The notes under the pieces were generated by a model. It saw only the letters and a program-made list of their open reading frames with translations, was not told where the DNA came from and searched no databases. Both the position numbers and the translations under genes were made by a program. A DNA stretch of 64,000 nt from an uncultured candidate division Zixibacteria bacterium (GTDB lineage Bacteria; Zixibacteria; MSB-5A5; UBA10806), in NCBI GenBank assembly GCA_963817915.1, contig CAWFQL010000003.1, positions 32,001-96,000 on the forward strand, in the 5' to 3' direction. Shown one piece after another: positions 51,305-61,579 of the stretch (positions are counted from its first letter, which is position 1; each line of letters begins with the position of its first letter).

Positions 51305-52945
51305 TTGACCTTTGGCGCGGGAGGATTACTGACCAAATTAGCGTTTGCCATAACTATCAGCTTAATTATTAATTTCAATGTCTTTGCCCAAGTGGATACA
51401 TCCTGGGTTCGGGCATATAATCAGTTTGAAGGCGGAACAGATTGTCCAGTTGCAATTGATGTCGATAATGCCGGAAACGTATATGTGACTGGGGCTAGCC
51501 GTGCGGCTACGGGAGGCGCCAATTTTAATACAATTAAATATAATTCTAATGGAGATACTTCCTGGTTACGGTCATATGGTGGTGGTGGAAATTATGATGA
51601 TAGTCCCGTGGCATTAAAAGTTGATGCTGTGGGTAATGTATATGTGGCTGGGTTTGTCGTATATTACCCTGGAGGGTATGATTATATAATAATCAAATAT
51701 CTTTCTAATGGCGATATCGACTGGATAAGACCATACGAAAATGGAAACATCTACGGTGTTGGTCAATCACTTGTTTTGGGGGGATCTGGAAACATATATT
51801 TAACTGGATATGCAACGGAACCCCATGACAATTGGGATTTGCTGTTAATCAAATATAGGCCTGATGGTGACACTGCTTGGATCAGATCATATAATGGTCC
51901 TGCTAATGGCTATGAGGCTGGGCAATCAATGTGCGTTGATAATAATGAAAATATAATTATCACCGGCATTATCCAAGATTCACTGACGAGATTTGCCGAT
52001 ATCTTAACAGTTAAATTTGATTCTTCGGGAAATCAGCTATGGGCCGCAAGGTATAATGGTGCAACGGATTTCTACGATAGCGGCAGATATATTGCGGTCG
52101 ATAGAGACGGTGCAGTGTATGTCGCCGCCATTAGCCCTCAGTACAATTCCAACGATGATATCCTCTTGATAAAATATAATGCCGATGGCGATACTGTCTG
52201 GACCCGCTTATATGATGGGTCTGCACATATGGGTGATTTTGTCACTGGTCTGGGAATAGACTATGAGGGAAATATAATTATTTCCGGACTATTCATGGAC
52301 GGGTCGCACGAAGCTTATGACGGAAAGATTATCACGCTGAAATATGATTCTGAAGGAAATATTATCTGGCAGCGCATTTACGGTGAGACTCGTTTGACTT
52401 ATCCTATTCCTTCAAGTATGTGTCTTGACGCTGCCGGCAATATTTATATTACCGGCAAAACAGGTCAAGGGCTGCTTGCATTAAAATATTATTCTAATGG
52501 CGATTCCGCATGGTCATGGACTTACATCCCCCACTCATATGGCGGGGCCATTGTCGTCGACGCATTTTCGAATGTTTATTTAACCGGACGCACCTCCGAG
52601 TTAGAAGGACAATCGCATTACTTAACAATCAAGCTTGTACAAACTGCTTTGGGAACAGATGATTATACAGTTATTTCCAATATCGATTACAATCTCAATT
52701 CCAATTACCCCAACCCCTTTAATCCATCGACTACTATCAAGTATTCTCTCTCTCAACAATCAAATATTTGTTTATCAGTCTATAATCTGCTAGGCCAAAA
52801 GGTAGCAACTTTATTTGATGGAAGCGCAGAGGCGGGGGAATACAGTTTAATCTGGAATGCCCGCGATATGCCGTCGGGCATATACTTTGCAAGACTGACA
52901 GCCGCTGGCAAAACAAGCAACATTAAAATGGTACTAATGAAATAG
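51305..52945 (+). CDS. SBBP-repeat beta-propeller protein with T9SS sorting domain
   Basis: VDNAGNVYVTG...TIKYNSNGDTSW repeats; SNYPNPFNP...KMVLMK. Confidence 0.88.
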   Translation: MTFGAGGLLTKLAFAITISLIINFNVFAQVDTSWVRAYNQFEGGTDCPVAIDVDNAGNVYVTGASRAATGGANFNTIKYNSNGDTSWLRSYGGGGNYDDSPVALKVDAVGNVYVAGFVVYYPGGYDYIIIKYLSNGDIDWIRPYENGNIYGVGQSLVLGGSGNIYLTGYATEPHDNWDLLLIKYRPDGDTAWIRSYNGPANGYEAGQSMCVDNNENIIITGIIQDSLTRFADILTVKFDSSGNQLWAARYNGATDFYDSGRYIAVDRDGAVYVAAISPQYNSNDDILLIKYNADGDTVWTRLYDGSAHMGDFVTGLGIDYEGNIIISGLFMDGSHEAYDGKIITLKYDSEGNIIWQRIYGETRLTYPIPSSMCLDAAGNIYITGKTGQGLLALKYYSNGDSAWSWTYIPHSYGGAIVVDAFSNVYLTGRTSELEGQSHYLTIKLVQTALGTDDYTVISNIDYNLNSNYPNPFNPSTTIKYSLSQQSNICLSVYNLLGQKVATLFDGSAEAGEYSLIWNARDMPSGIYFARLTAAGKTSNIKMVLMK

Positions 52946-53162
52946 CATTTGGCATAATTTGCGCTATTGTTTGCCCAACCCGAAAAATTGTACTTATCAA
53001 TTAGAAAATCTTCGGCGTGTTTTTATATCTAGTCATGATTAGCCCAATATATTAGAGCGTTTCCACTCATTGTTTAATGCATAATAAAATTCCGCGGTTA
53101 ATATCCCTTGACATCTCATCATATTGCAGGCATTTTCATCAATAAATTTGGGGGTATATTTA

Positions 53163-54192
53163 ATGGCGAATCCGAAAAACATATCTAACCTGCTGGCGTT
53201 CAGAATGGCGTCGCATACGCTTCGCAATATGATAACCAAAAAGCCGATCTGCATAGCGTTGGAAGTAACCCACAACTGCACCGCCAACTGCCGCCATTGC
53301 GATAAGGGACCGAAAGTCGATGACCATGCGGTCGGGGCGTTAGAATATAAAAAGATTTGCGATGAGCTGTCGCCATCGATGATTCAAATCGCCGGTGGGG
53401 AGCCGTTGAAACGGGCCGAACTGCCCGAAATAGTCAGGGCATTATACAATCCCGATAAAATCCCGTTTCTGGTCGTAGTCACCAACGCGTCCTTATTGAC
53501 CAAAGAAAAATATCTCGAACTGCGCGAGGCTGGGATAAAGCAATTCTCGATCTCGCTCGATTTCCCCGATAGCCGCCACGATGATTTCCGCCGAATTCCC
53601 GGACTGTTTGACCATTTGAATAAATTGATACCGGAATTAATCGCCATGGGCAATGGCGATGTTACAGTCAATACCTGCATCACGAGGGTTAATTATCCCT
53701 ATCTCATGGATATAATCAAGAAAGTGGCATCATGGGAGGCCAAGCTCAATTTCTCGGCCTATACCGATTTACGCACTCATGACGAGCAATACAATTTGAG
53801 GCATCCCGAAGACACGGTCACAATTCGACAAAATTATCGATCAGATATATTCCGATGAGACAGCGGCAAGTTGTGTGATGACATCGCAAAAGGTCATGCG
53901 TCGTTTCAATAGATTCTATAAAGAGAAATGCTATATCCCCAATTGCCAGACCGGATACAAATTTCTGATTGTCAATCCCGATGGCACCCTGACGCCTTGC
54001 GCCATGTTCATCAAGGATCGTTATAAGAGCCAGAAGGAATTGATCGAAAAATTCGTCAAAAAGACCGATTGCGGGGGATGCTATATCTCGATCCGCGCCA
54101 ATACCGAAAAATCACTGTGGGAACTCTTAACCGATAATCTGCGTGCCTACAAACTCGGCCTGAAAAGCGCCGCGAAATATGGGACAAGGTGA
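53163..54192 (+). CDS. Radical SAM protein with SPASM/twitch domain; +1 frameshift at ~53818
   Basis: CTANCRHC, GGEPL, VTNA, ISLD; the second ORF has CQTG..VNPDGTLTPC...CGGC. Confidence 0.85.
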
Positions 54193-54199
54193 TTTTGCT

Positions 54200-54514
54200 G
54201 TCTGCTGCGTGTCGCAGTTTACTGCGACCGCAAGCCATGCATCAGCGGTCAAAGCAAGCTTTGACACGCAACGAAAGTTTTCCGTAGTGGCTCAAAATTT
54301 TGAGCCCTCTTATGCAGTAGTGGTTTGTTTTGCCGCGTGTCACAGTTTACTGTGACCGCAAACCATGAATCAAACGGTCAAAGCAAGCTTTGACACAAAA
54401 GGAAATCATTTTCTTCTTATCATTCCGCACCCACCACAGCGGGTCTAAATCGGCTTGATGCGGAATCTAGCCTTGAAATAACTCGCAAGATTCCTGCTTT
54501 CGCAGGAATGACAA
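54200..54514. repeat. REP cluster D with a duplicated REP doublet
   Basis: gcgtgtc(g/a)cagtttactg(c/t)gaccgc...cggtcaaagcaagctttgacac at 54207 and 54335 (also 26676). Confidence 0.85.
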
Positions 54515-55993
54515 TCACTCCCCGGAATCGTATTCCTTCTTCGCTTGTTGCGCTAATCTATATAATTCCCAGTACGGCGGGCGATAGCCGTTGGTAGTCT
54601 GAAATTGATCGGCGAGCTGAAGGACGCGCGCTTTGATTTTCGCGTGCATCGATGATAGGTACTTATTCCGCAAGGCGCTTTCGGCATTCATGCCTTCGGG
54701 TACCGGGCCGATCTTATTGAATCGATTCAATATCCAGCAATAGAGCTTCATCACTCTGCCAACCGGCAATAGGAAACTATTGTATTTCAATCGTTCGCCT
54801 TTGTCCGCGCCTTCCAGCAAGGCATCGATAACCGCATTGTCGACATGATCCTTATATAACGTTTCGATATCGCGCCATTCTGCCACAACCTTGACCTGCG
54901 GATCGTATTCCAAATCCGATGGCGCCTGCGTATCGAAGTGAGTCACCCCGAATGCCGCAAGCCACGAGACCACACCCGGCGATGATATATGTGTCAGCTT
55001 CGACCACAATGTTATGCCCGCCTTTTTATATGGATCATAGACCACCTCAGAACAGAACATTTTTTTATCATCATTGGAATCCATAGCGAAATCGTAGGGG
55101 ATATGCCTGTTTTTGGCATCGTCCAGCATCGCTTTTGCGACTTTATGAGGAAGCATCGGATCGGCCTTTAATTGGGGCAAATCATGCCGAAGCCTAAGCA
55201 CCATTACACGGAGCTTTTTGTCATTGAGATAATCCTGCAATGACGCTATCGCGACACCTTTTTCAATATGCGATTCGATTATCGAGGCGATACTTGTCGC
55301 CGAATCCACATAGACCAAGGCGGCATGCGAGAAATTGCCTTGAAAATTATTTCCTCTGGCAATCAAAGCCGATGTTGGCGCGCCGCCCCGCGATATCAAA
55401 ATATCGCCGCTGTGGATTGTCACGCCCAATATGCGAGTGAAGGGTGTCGCCGATGGTTCATCCGAACATTGCAGTAATGGCGCTAGCGAATCCGGAGACC
55501 GTTGAAGCATGATCTCTTCCAGTGCCGCCCTGGCCCCGTATAGCAGACGATAAATCGATATTTGCGCCGCGGTCGAACTCATGTCCCAATTCAATGATTG
55601 CGTTTTGATCACATTTCTGAGCCTGACTACGAATGATTGATAATCATTAAAATGCTCCGGAAACGCCCCAATCATCACTGCCGACGAAAAAGCATTTTCT
55701 TCAAGCCGTGTAAATAACGGTGAATCTGCCGTCGCGTTAAAAGTTGAAATGGAATCAAGTAAACTGTTTCCGTTATTCAGGCTCCAGATAATCGTCGGCG
55801 CCAATTTCTCTGATCCGATCGATTTGCATTTCAGGAATTGCTTTTCGAGCTCTTGCCAACGGTCATCTTGCTTCCATTCGAATGGCTGTTTTTCGCTGCC
55901 CTTTTCAATTACTGTTTCAGGGATGGGGATCAACAGGACAAGATATAATAGAGCCAAAGAGATTAGGCCGATTTTTGCGATTTTCCGAATCAC
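54515..55993 (-). CDS. YiiX/YebB-like permuted papain-like (NlpC/P60) amidase
   Basis: HSGDILISRG, FSHAAL, PYDF, MFCSEVV. Confidence 0.8.
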   Translation of the reverse strand: MIRKIAKIGLISLALLYLVLLIPIPETVIEKGSEKQPFEWKQDDRWQELEKQFLKCKSIGSEKLAPTIIWSLNNGNSLLDSISTFNATADSPLFTRLEENAFSSAVMIGAFPEHFNDYQSFVVRLRNVIKTQSLNWDMSSTAAQISIYRLLYGARAALEEIMLQRSPDSLAPLLQCSDEPSATPFTRILGVTIHSGDILISRGGAPTSALIARGNNFQGNFSHAALVYVDSATSIASIIESHIEKGVAIASLQDYLNDKKLRVMVLRLRHDLPQLKADPMLPHKVAKAMLDDAKNRHIPYDFAMDSNDDKKMFCSEVVYDPYKKAGITLWSKLTHISSPGVVSWLAAFGVTHFDTQAPSDLEYDPQVKVVAEWRDIETLYKDHVDNAVIDALLEGADKGERLKYNSFLLPVGRVMKLYCWILNRFNKIGPVPEGMNAESALRNKYLSSMHAKIKARVLQLADQFQTTNGYRPPYWELYRLAQQAKKEYDSGE

Positions 55994-56386
55994 GCAATAT
56001 CATATATAATGAATTCAATTCAGACAAGCGAATATCTGATATCGACCCGAAGGTAATTTTGAAATACAAGTTTAAGCAAATTAGAGGGTTAAGTCAGTTC
56101 GTAGTCCCGACATGAAATGTCGGGCGTGAACTGACTTTTTGGGAGCGCAAATAGGCGGCAGGTCACGTCCGGCGGCTGCCGGACTACGACTTGCCGCAAC
56201 GGAAAAATCTATCCTGACAAGCGAATATCCGGTTTTGACTTGAGGGCAATTTTCTCCATACAATTTCAAATGAAAACCAAACCATAAGACGTCTCTATTT
56301 AAAGGCTTTCCGATTTTATTGAATAATTTATGCGATCAGGTGTATTGCTATTCTGAAATATAAAATTTTATGAAGGGAGTTTTACA

Positions 56387-58441
56387 ATGTTTTCGTTAGG
56401 ATTAATTTTGGAGCTGGTGATAGCGGCGATAATTATCTTCGTCGTCTTTATATTGCCATCGATCAGGAATATCGGTCCGACAGAAGTCGGATTGGTCATC
56501 AAAAGATTTTCAGTGAAGAAGCTGCCGGATGATAACCCCATAGCGTTCAGGGGCGAGGCGGGCTACCAGGCGGATCTGCTTATGCCGGGATTCAGATTCA
56601 AATTCTGGGTGCTTTATAGTGTGGAGAAATTTCCCTGGGTGCAGGTGCCCGCCGGCGAAATCGGGGTTGTGATCGCGCAGGTCGGACAGCCTTTGCCGAC
56701 AGGAGCCAAATCGGCCATCTATAAAAAAGAGCATGGCGATTTTACTCGGCTCAGAGAATTTGTCACCAATGGCGGCCAAAAAGGCGTGCAGCGTCCGGTC
56801 CTGGCTCCTGGTACATTGGCGCCGATTCATCCGGTCGGCTTTATGGTCATAACAAAAGAAAAGGTTTACGGCGTGCCGGTTGCGCCCGAGTACAAACGAT
56901 TGGCTGACAAAGGCCAGCTAATTCCGATGTCATTCGGGCTTGAGCCTGATAAGCTCGATGTTACCCGTATTCAACCTCGAAAAGTGTCACTGCTTCCGCC
57001 CGGTGTCGATGACCCCAAGATCGATCGCGCCAGAATCGACGAACGAGCTCGAATAGTCGATATGGTCGGCATCGTGACCGTCTATGAAGGTCAGCCGTTG
57101 GAGTCCGGTGATATCGCCAGTCGTTTGGGTGGATTCAAGGATATCGAAGAACTCGAAAGCCAGCCCAATATCACCGATTTCCAATTGCAGGAAAAACTGC
57201 TTGGGAGCAAGAATCATCTTCATAATAACTATCAGGACTTTCAGGCATTCTTAGACAATGGCGGCAAAATCGGGCTTCAATATGATCCATTGCTTTACGG
57301 CGCGTACACCATAAATCCATTTCTCGTGTCGGTCGAGTTAGTGCCGATGTTGGTTGTTGAGCAAGGGCAAGTGGCCGTTATTAAATCCTATGTCGGCTTG
57401 CCGACCAAAGACACATCGGGAATCGAATTCAAGTATGGCTCGCTGGTCCGCCCCGGAAGGAGAGGTATCTGGCAGGAGGCGCTCAGGACGGGCAAGTATC
57501 CGATTAATCCGCATTGCTATGTCGCCGAAATCGTGCCGACAGCGATTTTAACATTGAACTGGGCCGAGGCGGTTTCGCAAGCGCATAATCTTGACCGCAA
57601 TCTCAAACAGATCACTGCCAAGAGCAAAGAAGGATTTATTTTTGATATCGATTTGCAGGTGCAGATTCATGTGCCCGATACCAAGGCTCCGCGCGTAATA
57701 TCGATGGTCGGTACGATGCAGAATCTTGTCAATGAGGTCTTGCAGGCGGCTGTCGGCAATCATTTCCGCGACAAGATTCAGAGCATGCCGGCGGTATCAT
57801 TTATAGAGACCCGTCAGATGGTGCAGGAGGATGCCTTCAGGCATATTTCGAATAAGCTTTCGGAATATCAGGTAGAAACCAAAGGCGTCTATATCCAGGA
57901 TGTCATATTGCCGGAGGCATTGGTCGCGGTGCTGACACAGAGAGAAATCGCCAATCAGCAAATCGATACATTCAAGAAGCAAAGAGAATCGCAGGAGCAG
58001 CGTATTCTCATGGAAAATACCAAAGGCACTGCCGATATGCAGGCCGAATTGGCGAAATCGAAAGTTGAAATCAGCATCAAGGGCAATAGAGCCGATGCCC
58101 GCAAGGCCGAGGCCGATGGCGAATCGACCTATATCGAAAAGACCGGTACTGCTCAAGGCGCCAAAGTAAAAGCTATTGGATTAGCCCGAGCCGAGGCGTT
58201 CGAACGGCAAGTATCGGCGTTGGGCCAGGTGCCGACCGCGATTGTCAATACGATTACCGCTCTGGCTGAGAATGGCGTCAAGATAATGCCGGATACATTG
58301 GTAACCGGTGGTGGCGGCGCACTCGATGGAGCATTGGCATCGCTGATGGCGTATTTGCGTCCACAACAATCTTCCGCACCAACCGTGTCCAAGAAAAAGC
58401 AGGCCGCATCAGAAAGCGCCGAAGGCAAAGATTCAATGTAA
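56387..58441 (+). CDS. SPFH/flotillin-like membrane protein
   Basis: N-terminal TM, SKEGF..DLQVQI, AEA-rich coiled coil; terminator at 58466-58492. Confidence 0.85.
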   Translation: MFSLGLILELVIAAIIIFVVFILPSIRNIGPTEVGLVIKRFSVKKLPDDNPIAFRGEAGYQADLLMPGFRFKFWVLYSVEKFPWVQVPAGEIGVVIAQVGQPLPTGAKSAIYKKEHGDFTRLREFVTNGGQKGVQRPVLAPGTLAPIHPVGFMVITKEKVYGVPVAPEYKRLADKGQLIPMSFGLEPDKLDVTRIQPRKVSLLPPGVDDPKIDRARIDERARIVDMVGIVTVYEGQPLESGDIASRLGGFKDIEELESQPNITDFQLQEKLLGSKNHLHNNYQDFQAFLDNGGKIGLQYDPLLYGAYTINPFLVSVELVPMLVVEQGQVAVIKSYVGLPTKDTSGIEFKYGSLVRPGRRGIWQEALRTGKYPINPHCYVAEIVPTAILTLNWAEAVSQAHNLDRNLKQITAKSKEGFIFDIDLQVQIHVPDTKAPRVISMVGTMQNLVNEVLQAAVGNHFRDKIQSMPAVSFIETRQMVQEDAFRHISNKLSEYQVETKGVYIQDVILPEALVAVLTQREIANQQIDTFKKQRESQEQRILMENTKGTADMQAELAKSKVEISIKGNRADARKAEADGESTYIEKTGTAQGAKVKAIGLARAEAFERQVSALGQVPTAIVNTITALAENGVKIMPDTLVTGGGGALDGALASLMAYLRPQQSSAPTVSKKKQAASESAEGKDSM

Positions 58442-58980
58442 AACGGGCAATTGCCAATTGACCACAAGGGGGACGATATGTCCCCCTTTTTTATCGCTTC
58501 AATATATAAATAATCTAAATGCGATATGTATAGTATATGTAAGTATATGTAAACACTTTACATATTCATGTATGTGTGCCAATTACGGGAATTCATCGCT
58601 AAATCGCTCTAATTTAATTCGATTCTCTAAAATTATTTATTAATAAAATCAATTCCTAATAGTGTGCTGTCGATAATAATAGACGGAGTAGCAATCACAG
58701 GGTGTTAAATTAAAACAATACAATTCCCATGAGTATTAATAGACTCTCCCAACCCTGTTTTTAATTCATTATCTAAATGTGGTTTATGTCCACATCAAAT
58801 CTATGGCACTTTTTACTGTATGGGATGGTTTAACAGCTATGAGGTCGAATCTGGACAAAAATTGCATTTGTCCGAATCCGATTTTTCCGCTATAATCTTA
58901 ATGGGACGATAATTTTAATCCAGGGGGTATTCCTGCAGGTAAGACGTGACGCTACTGGGGCCGAGGGGAAATCAAGGTAC

Positions 58981-59838
58981 AGATTACTTATAAGAATTGT
59001 CCATATTGTCGCATTAATAATATTCGCGGTCTTCCTCTTCCAGGGCATTTCTTATTATCTGGCGCCGTTTTCCCAAAGGCCTCATTTAGAAGATTATAGG
59101 ATTTTGCGACCGGCGGCGATCTATGGCCATACGTTCGGAGTCGTAGGCTCGTTCTTTATGATTTGCATGTTGTCGTATACTCTAAGGAAAAGGATCAAGC
59201 TATTCAAGAATTGGGGATCGATCGGCAAATGGCTCGACATTCATATATTTCTCGGTATCTATGGTCCATTGCTTGTGATTTTGCATTCGACCTTCAAGGT
59301 GCAGGGATTGGTTGCTGTCAGCTTCTGGTCGATGGTTGCGGTCGCGACGAGCGGAATATTCGGTCGATATCTATATCTACAGATCCCGAGGAATATCCAC
59401 GGCGACGAACTCAGCGTCAAGGAGCTCGATGAAATGAGCCAGGGGTATTACGATAAATTGAAAAATGAATTTGGCTTTACCGATGAAACATTAAAGAGCC
59501 TGAAAGAGCATAGTACTTCTGGAATAGATAAGAGCGTAGGTCCGGCAATGGTACTCTGGATACTTATTAAGGACGATATAAAGCATATATTCTCGGGGCG
59601 AAAGGAACAGAGAAAATTGGCGTCGAAGCTGAATATACCGCGCGAAGCAATATCTCGATTTCTTAAATCTAACCGCCGTCAAAATCTTCTCGAGCGAAGA
59701 ATAGCCCTTATGAATGGGGTTCAGCAGATGTTTCATTACTGGCATGTAATTCATAAGCCGTTCGCGTTCGTAATGTACATAGTAATGTTAGTGCATATAG
59801 TAGTGGCAGTCTGGACAGGATACAAATGGATATTCTAA
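58981..59838 (+). CDS. Integral membrane protein, cytochrome b/ferric-reductase-like TM (start uncertain; frame open upstream of 59104)
   Basis: YTLRKR, WLDIHIFLG..LHS, WHVIHKPF..LVHI (paired His in TM helices). In-frame upstream TM RLLIRIVHIVALIIFAVFLF. Confidence 0.7.
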   Translation, partial: RLLIRIVHIVALIIFAVFLFQGISYYLAPFSQRPHLEDYRILRPAAIYGHTFGVVGSFFMICMLSYTLRKRIKLFKNWGSIGKWLDIHIFLGIYGPLLVILHSTFKVQGLVAVSFWSMVAVATSGIFGRYLYLQIPRNIHGDELSVKELDEMSQGYYDKLKNEFGFTDETLKSLKEHSTSGIDKSVGPAMVLWILIKDDIKHIFSGRKEQRKLASKLNIPREAISRFLKSNRRQNLLERRIALMNGVQQMFHYWHVIHKPFAFVMYIVMLVHIVVAVWTGYKWIF

Positions 59839-61577
59839 GACATATTATTCGAAGAGATATCGGTCGATCAACTGTAGTTACTGCGGTCCGCTGGATAAAA
59901 ATTCTTGTATATATTCTACTGGTATCATTTATTCTGGCATCTTCAGACGCCTTCGCGCAACTCTCACCCGGTAAATTATCAAAAGCGCATTCTGACCTCG
60001 AAGGTGTTGAGCACTGTAGTCAATGTCATGACTTTCAAGAGAAGTTATCGTCGGACAAATGCTTGACCTGTCACAAGACGCTTGGTGAACGAATAAAAGG
60101 CAGCAAAGGGTTGCACAGCAGACCAGAGTATTCACAATGTCAGACATGTCATATCGAGCACCAGGGACGCGATTTTCAGTTGGTTTACTGGAAAGATGGA
60201 GAGCAGAATTTCGATCATACATTGACAGGATATACATTAGAAAATAAGCATGTCGGCCTTAAATGCCGCAAGTGCCATTTGCCGCAGAATATTAAGAATA
60301 AAGAAATTATGATAAGCGATAAGACAAATCAGGATCACACTTACCTCGGGCTTGATAAGGAATGTAATACTTGTCATATCGATAAGCATCGAGGTCAGTT
60401 CAAGGATTCCTGCCAGAAATGCCATAATACGACCGGTTGGAAGCCTTTATCGGGATTCGATCATTCTAAGACAAATTACATTTTGACCGGCAAGCATATT
60501 GATGTTAAATGCGGCAAATGCCATCCTGAGATAGTCGACAATCGTTCATTGGAAGATAGCTCGTACGCTAAATTTGCCGGAGTGGCCTACAAACAATGTC
60601 TCGATTGCCATCAGGATATTCATAAAGGAAAATTCGGCCAGACCTGCGAAACATGCCACAATACCGGCGGCTGGATGAGTATCGCCCATAACAAATTTGA
60701 TCACAATAAAACCAATTATCCATTATTGGGAAAGCATATCACTGTAATTTGCGAGAAATGCCACAAACCGGGAAAACCGCTCAAGGGATTGAAATATAAT
60801 AACTGCGCGGATTGTCATAGCGATTATCACGTTGGGCAGTTTGCGAAAGCGGCGACAAGTCTAAAGTGCGAAAAATGTCACACAGTTTTTGGTTACTCGC
60901 CTTCTAAGTATACTATCGCCAACCATGATACCAGCGGATATCCGTTGGCGGGAAGCCATTTGGCAGTGCCCTGTATTTTGTGCCATATGAAAATTAAAAT
61001 GGCCGATGGTAGCGATAATGTCAGATTCAAGTATGATTCTGCTCATTGCAAGGATTGCCATAAGAATCCGCATAAGGACCAGGTCGATAAATATCTGAAG
61101 GGGGATGGATGTGAATTTTGCCATAAGGTCGATAGTTGGAAGAAATCGACTTATGATCACGCCAAGGCGAAATTCGCTCTCGAAGGCAAACATATTAAAG
61201 CGGATTGTGTCGTCTGCCATAAACCAGTAAATGGTGAGAAGTCGGTTTATCAATTCGCGGGCTTGCCGAAAACCTGTCAGGAATGTCATAAGGATATTCA
61301 TCAGGGCCAATTTGCCAAGGCAGTTAAGGTGAAAAAGACCGAGCAGATGCTGACCGACTGCACTCGTTGCCATACTCCGAATTCATGGAAGGCCGAGAAA
61401 TTTGACCATGCTCGCGATTCAGTATTCAAGCTCGATGGCGCCCATCTCAAGGTAGTATGCGGCGGCTGTCACAAGAAGAAGAAGATTGATGATGTTGAAT
61501 ACGCGGTTTATAAGCCATTGGAAGTAACTTGCAGCTCATGTCACGCCGGCAAGAATTTTCAGAGTACCGGGGGATAG
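59826..61577 (+). CDS. Multiheme cytochrome c, 20 CxxCH motifs
   Basis: Signal peptide ending AFA-QLSPGKLSKAH; 20 CxxCH counted. Confidence 0.92.
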   Translation: MDILRHIIRRDIGRSTVVTAVRWIKILVYILLVSFILASSDAFAQLSPGKLSKAHSDLEGVEHCSQCHDFQEKLSSDKCLTCHKTLGERIKGSKGLHSRPEYSQCQTCHIEHQGRDFQLVYWKDGEQNFDHTLTGYTLENKHVGLKCRKCHLPQNIKNKEIMISDKTNQDHTYLGLDKECNTCHIDKHRGQFKDSCQKCHNTTGWKPLSGFDHSKTNYILTGKHIDVKCGKCHPEIVDNRSLEDSSYAKFAGVAYKQCLDCHQDIHKGKFGQTCETCHNTGGWMSIAHNKFDHNKTNYPLLGKHITVICEKCHKPGKPLKGLKYNNCADCHSDYHVGQFAKAATSLKCEKCHTVFGYSPSKYTIANHDTSGYPLAGSHLAVPCILCHMKIKMADGSDNVRFKYDSAHCKDCHKNPHKDQVDKYLKGDGCEFCHKVDSWKKSTYDHAKAKFALEGKHIKADCVVCHKPVNGEKSVYQFAGLPKTCQECHKDIHQGQFAKAVKVKKTEQMLTDCTRCHTPNSWKAEKFDHARDSVFKLDGAHLKVVCGGCHKKKKIDDVEYAVYKPLEVTCSSCHAGKNFQSTGG

Positions 61578-61579
61578 GT

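Noticed and set aside
58646..58800. sigma28-like promoter or structured RNA upstream of the cytochrome operon
   Set aside because: TCAA-N16-GTCGATAA spacing is off and no convincing fold was seen; insufficient support.
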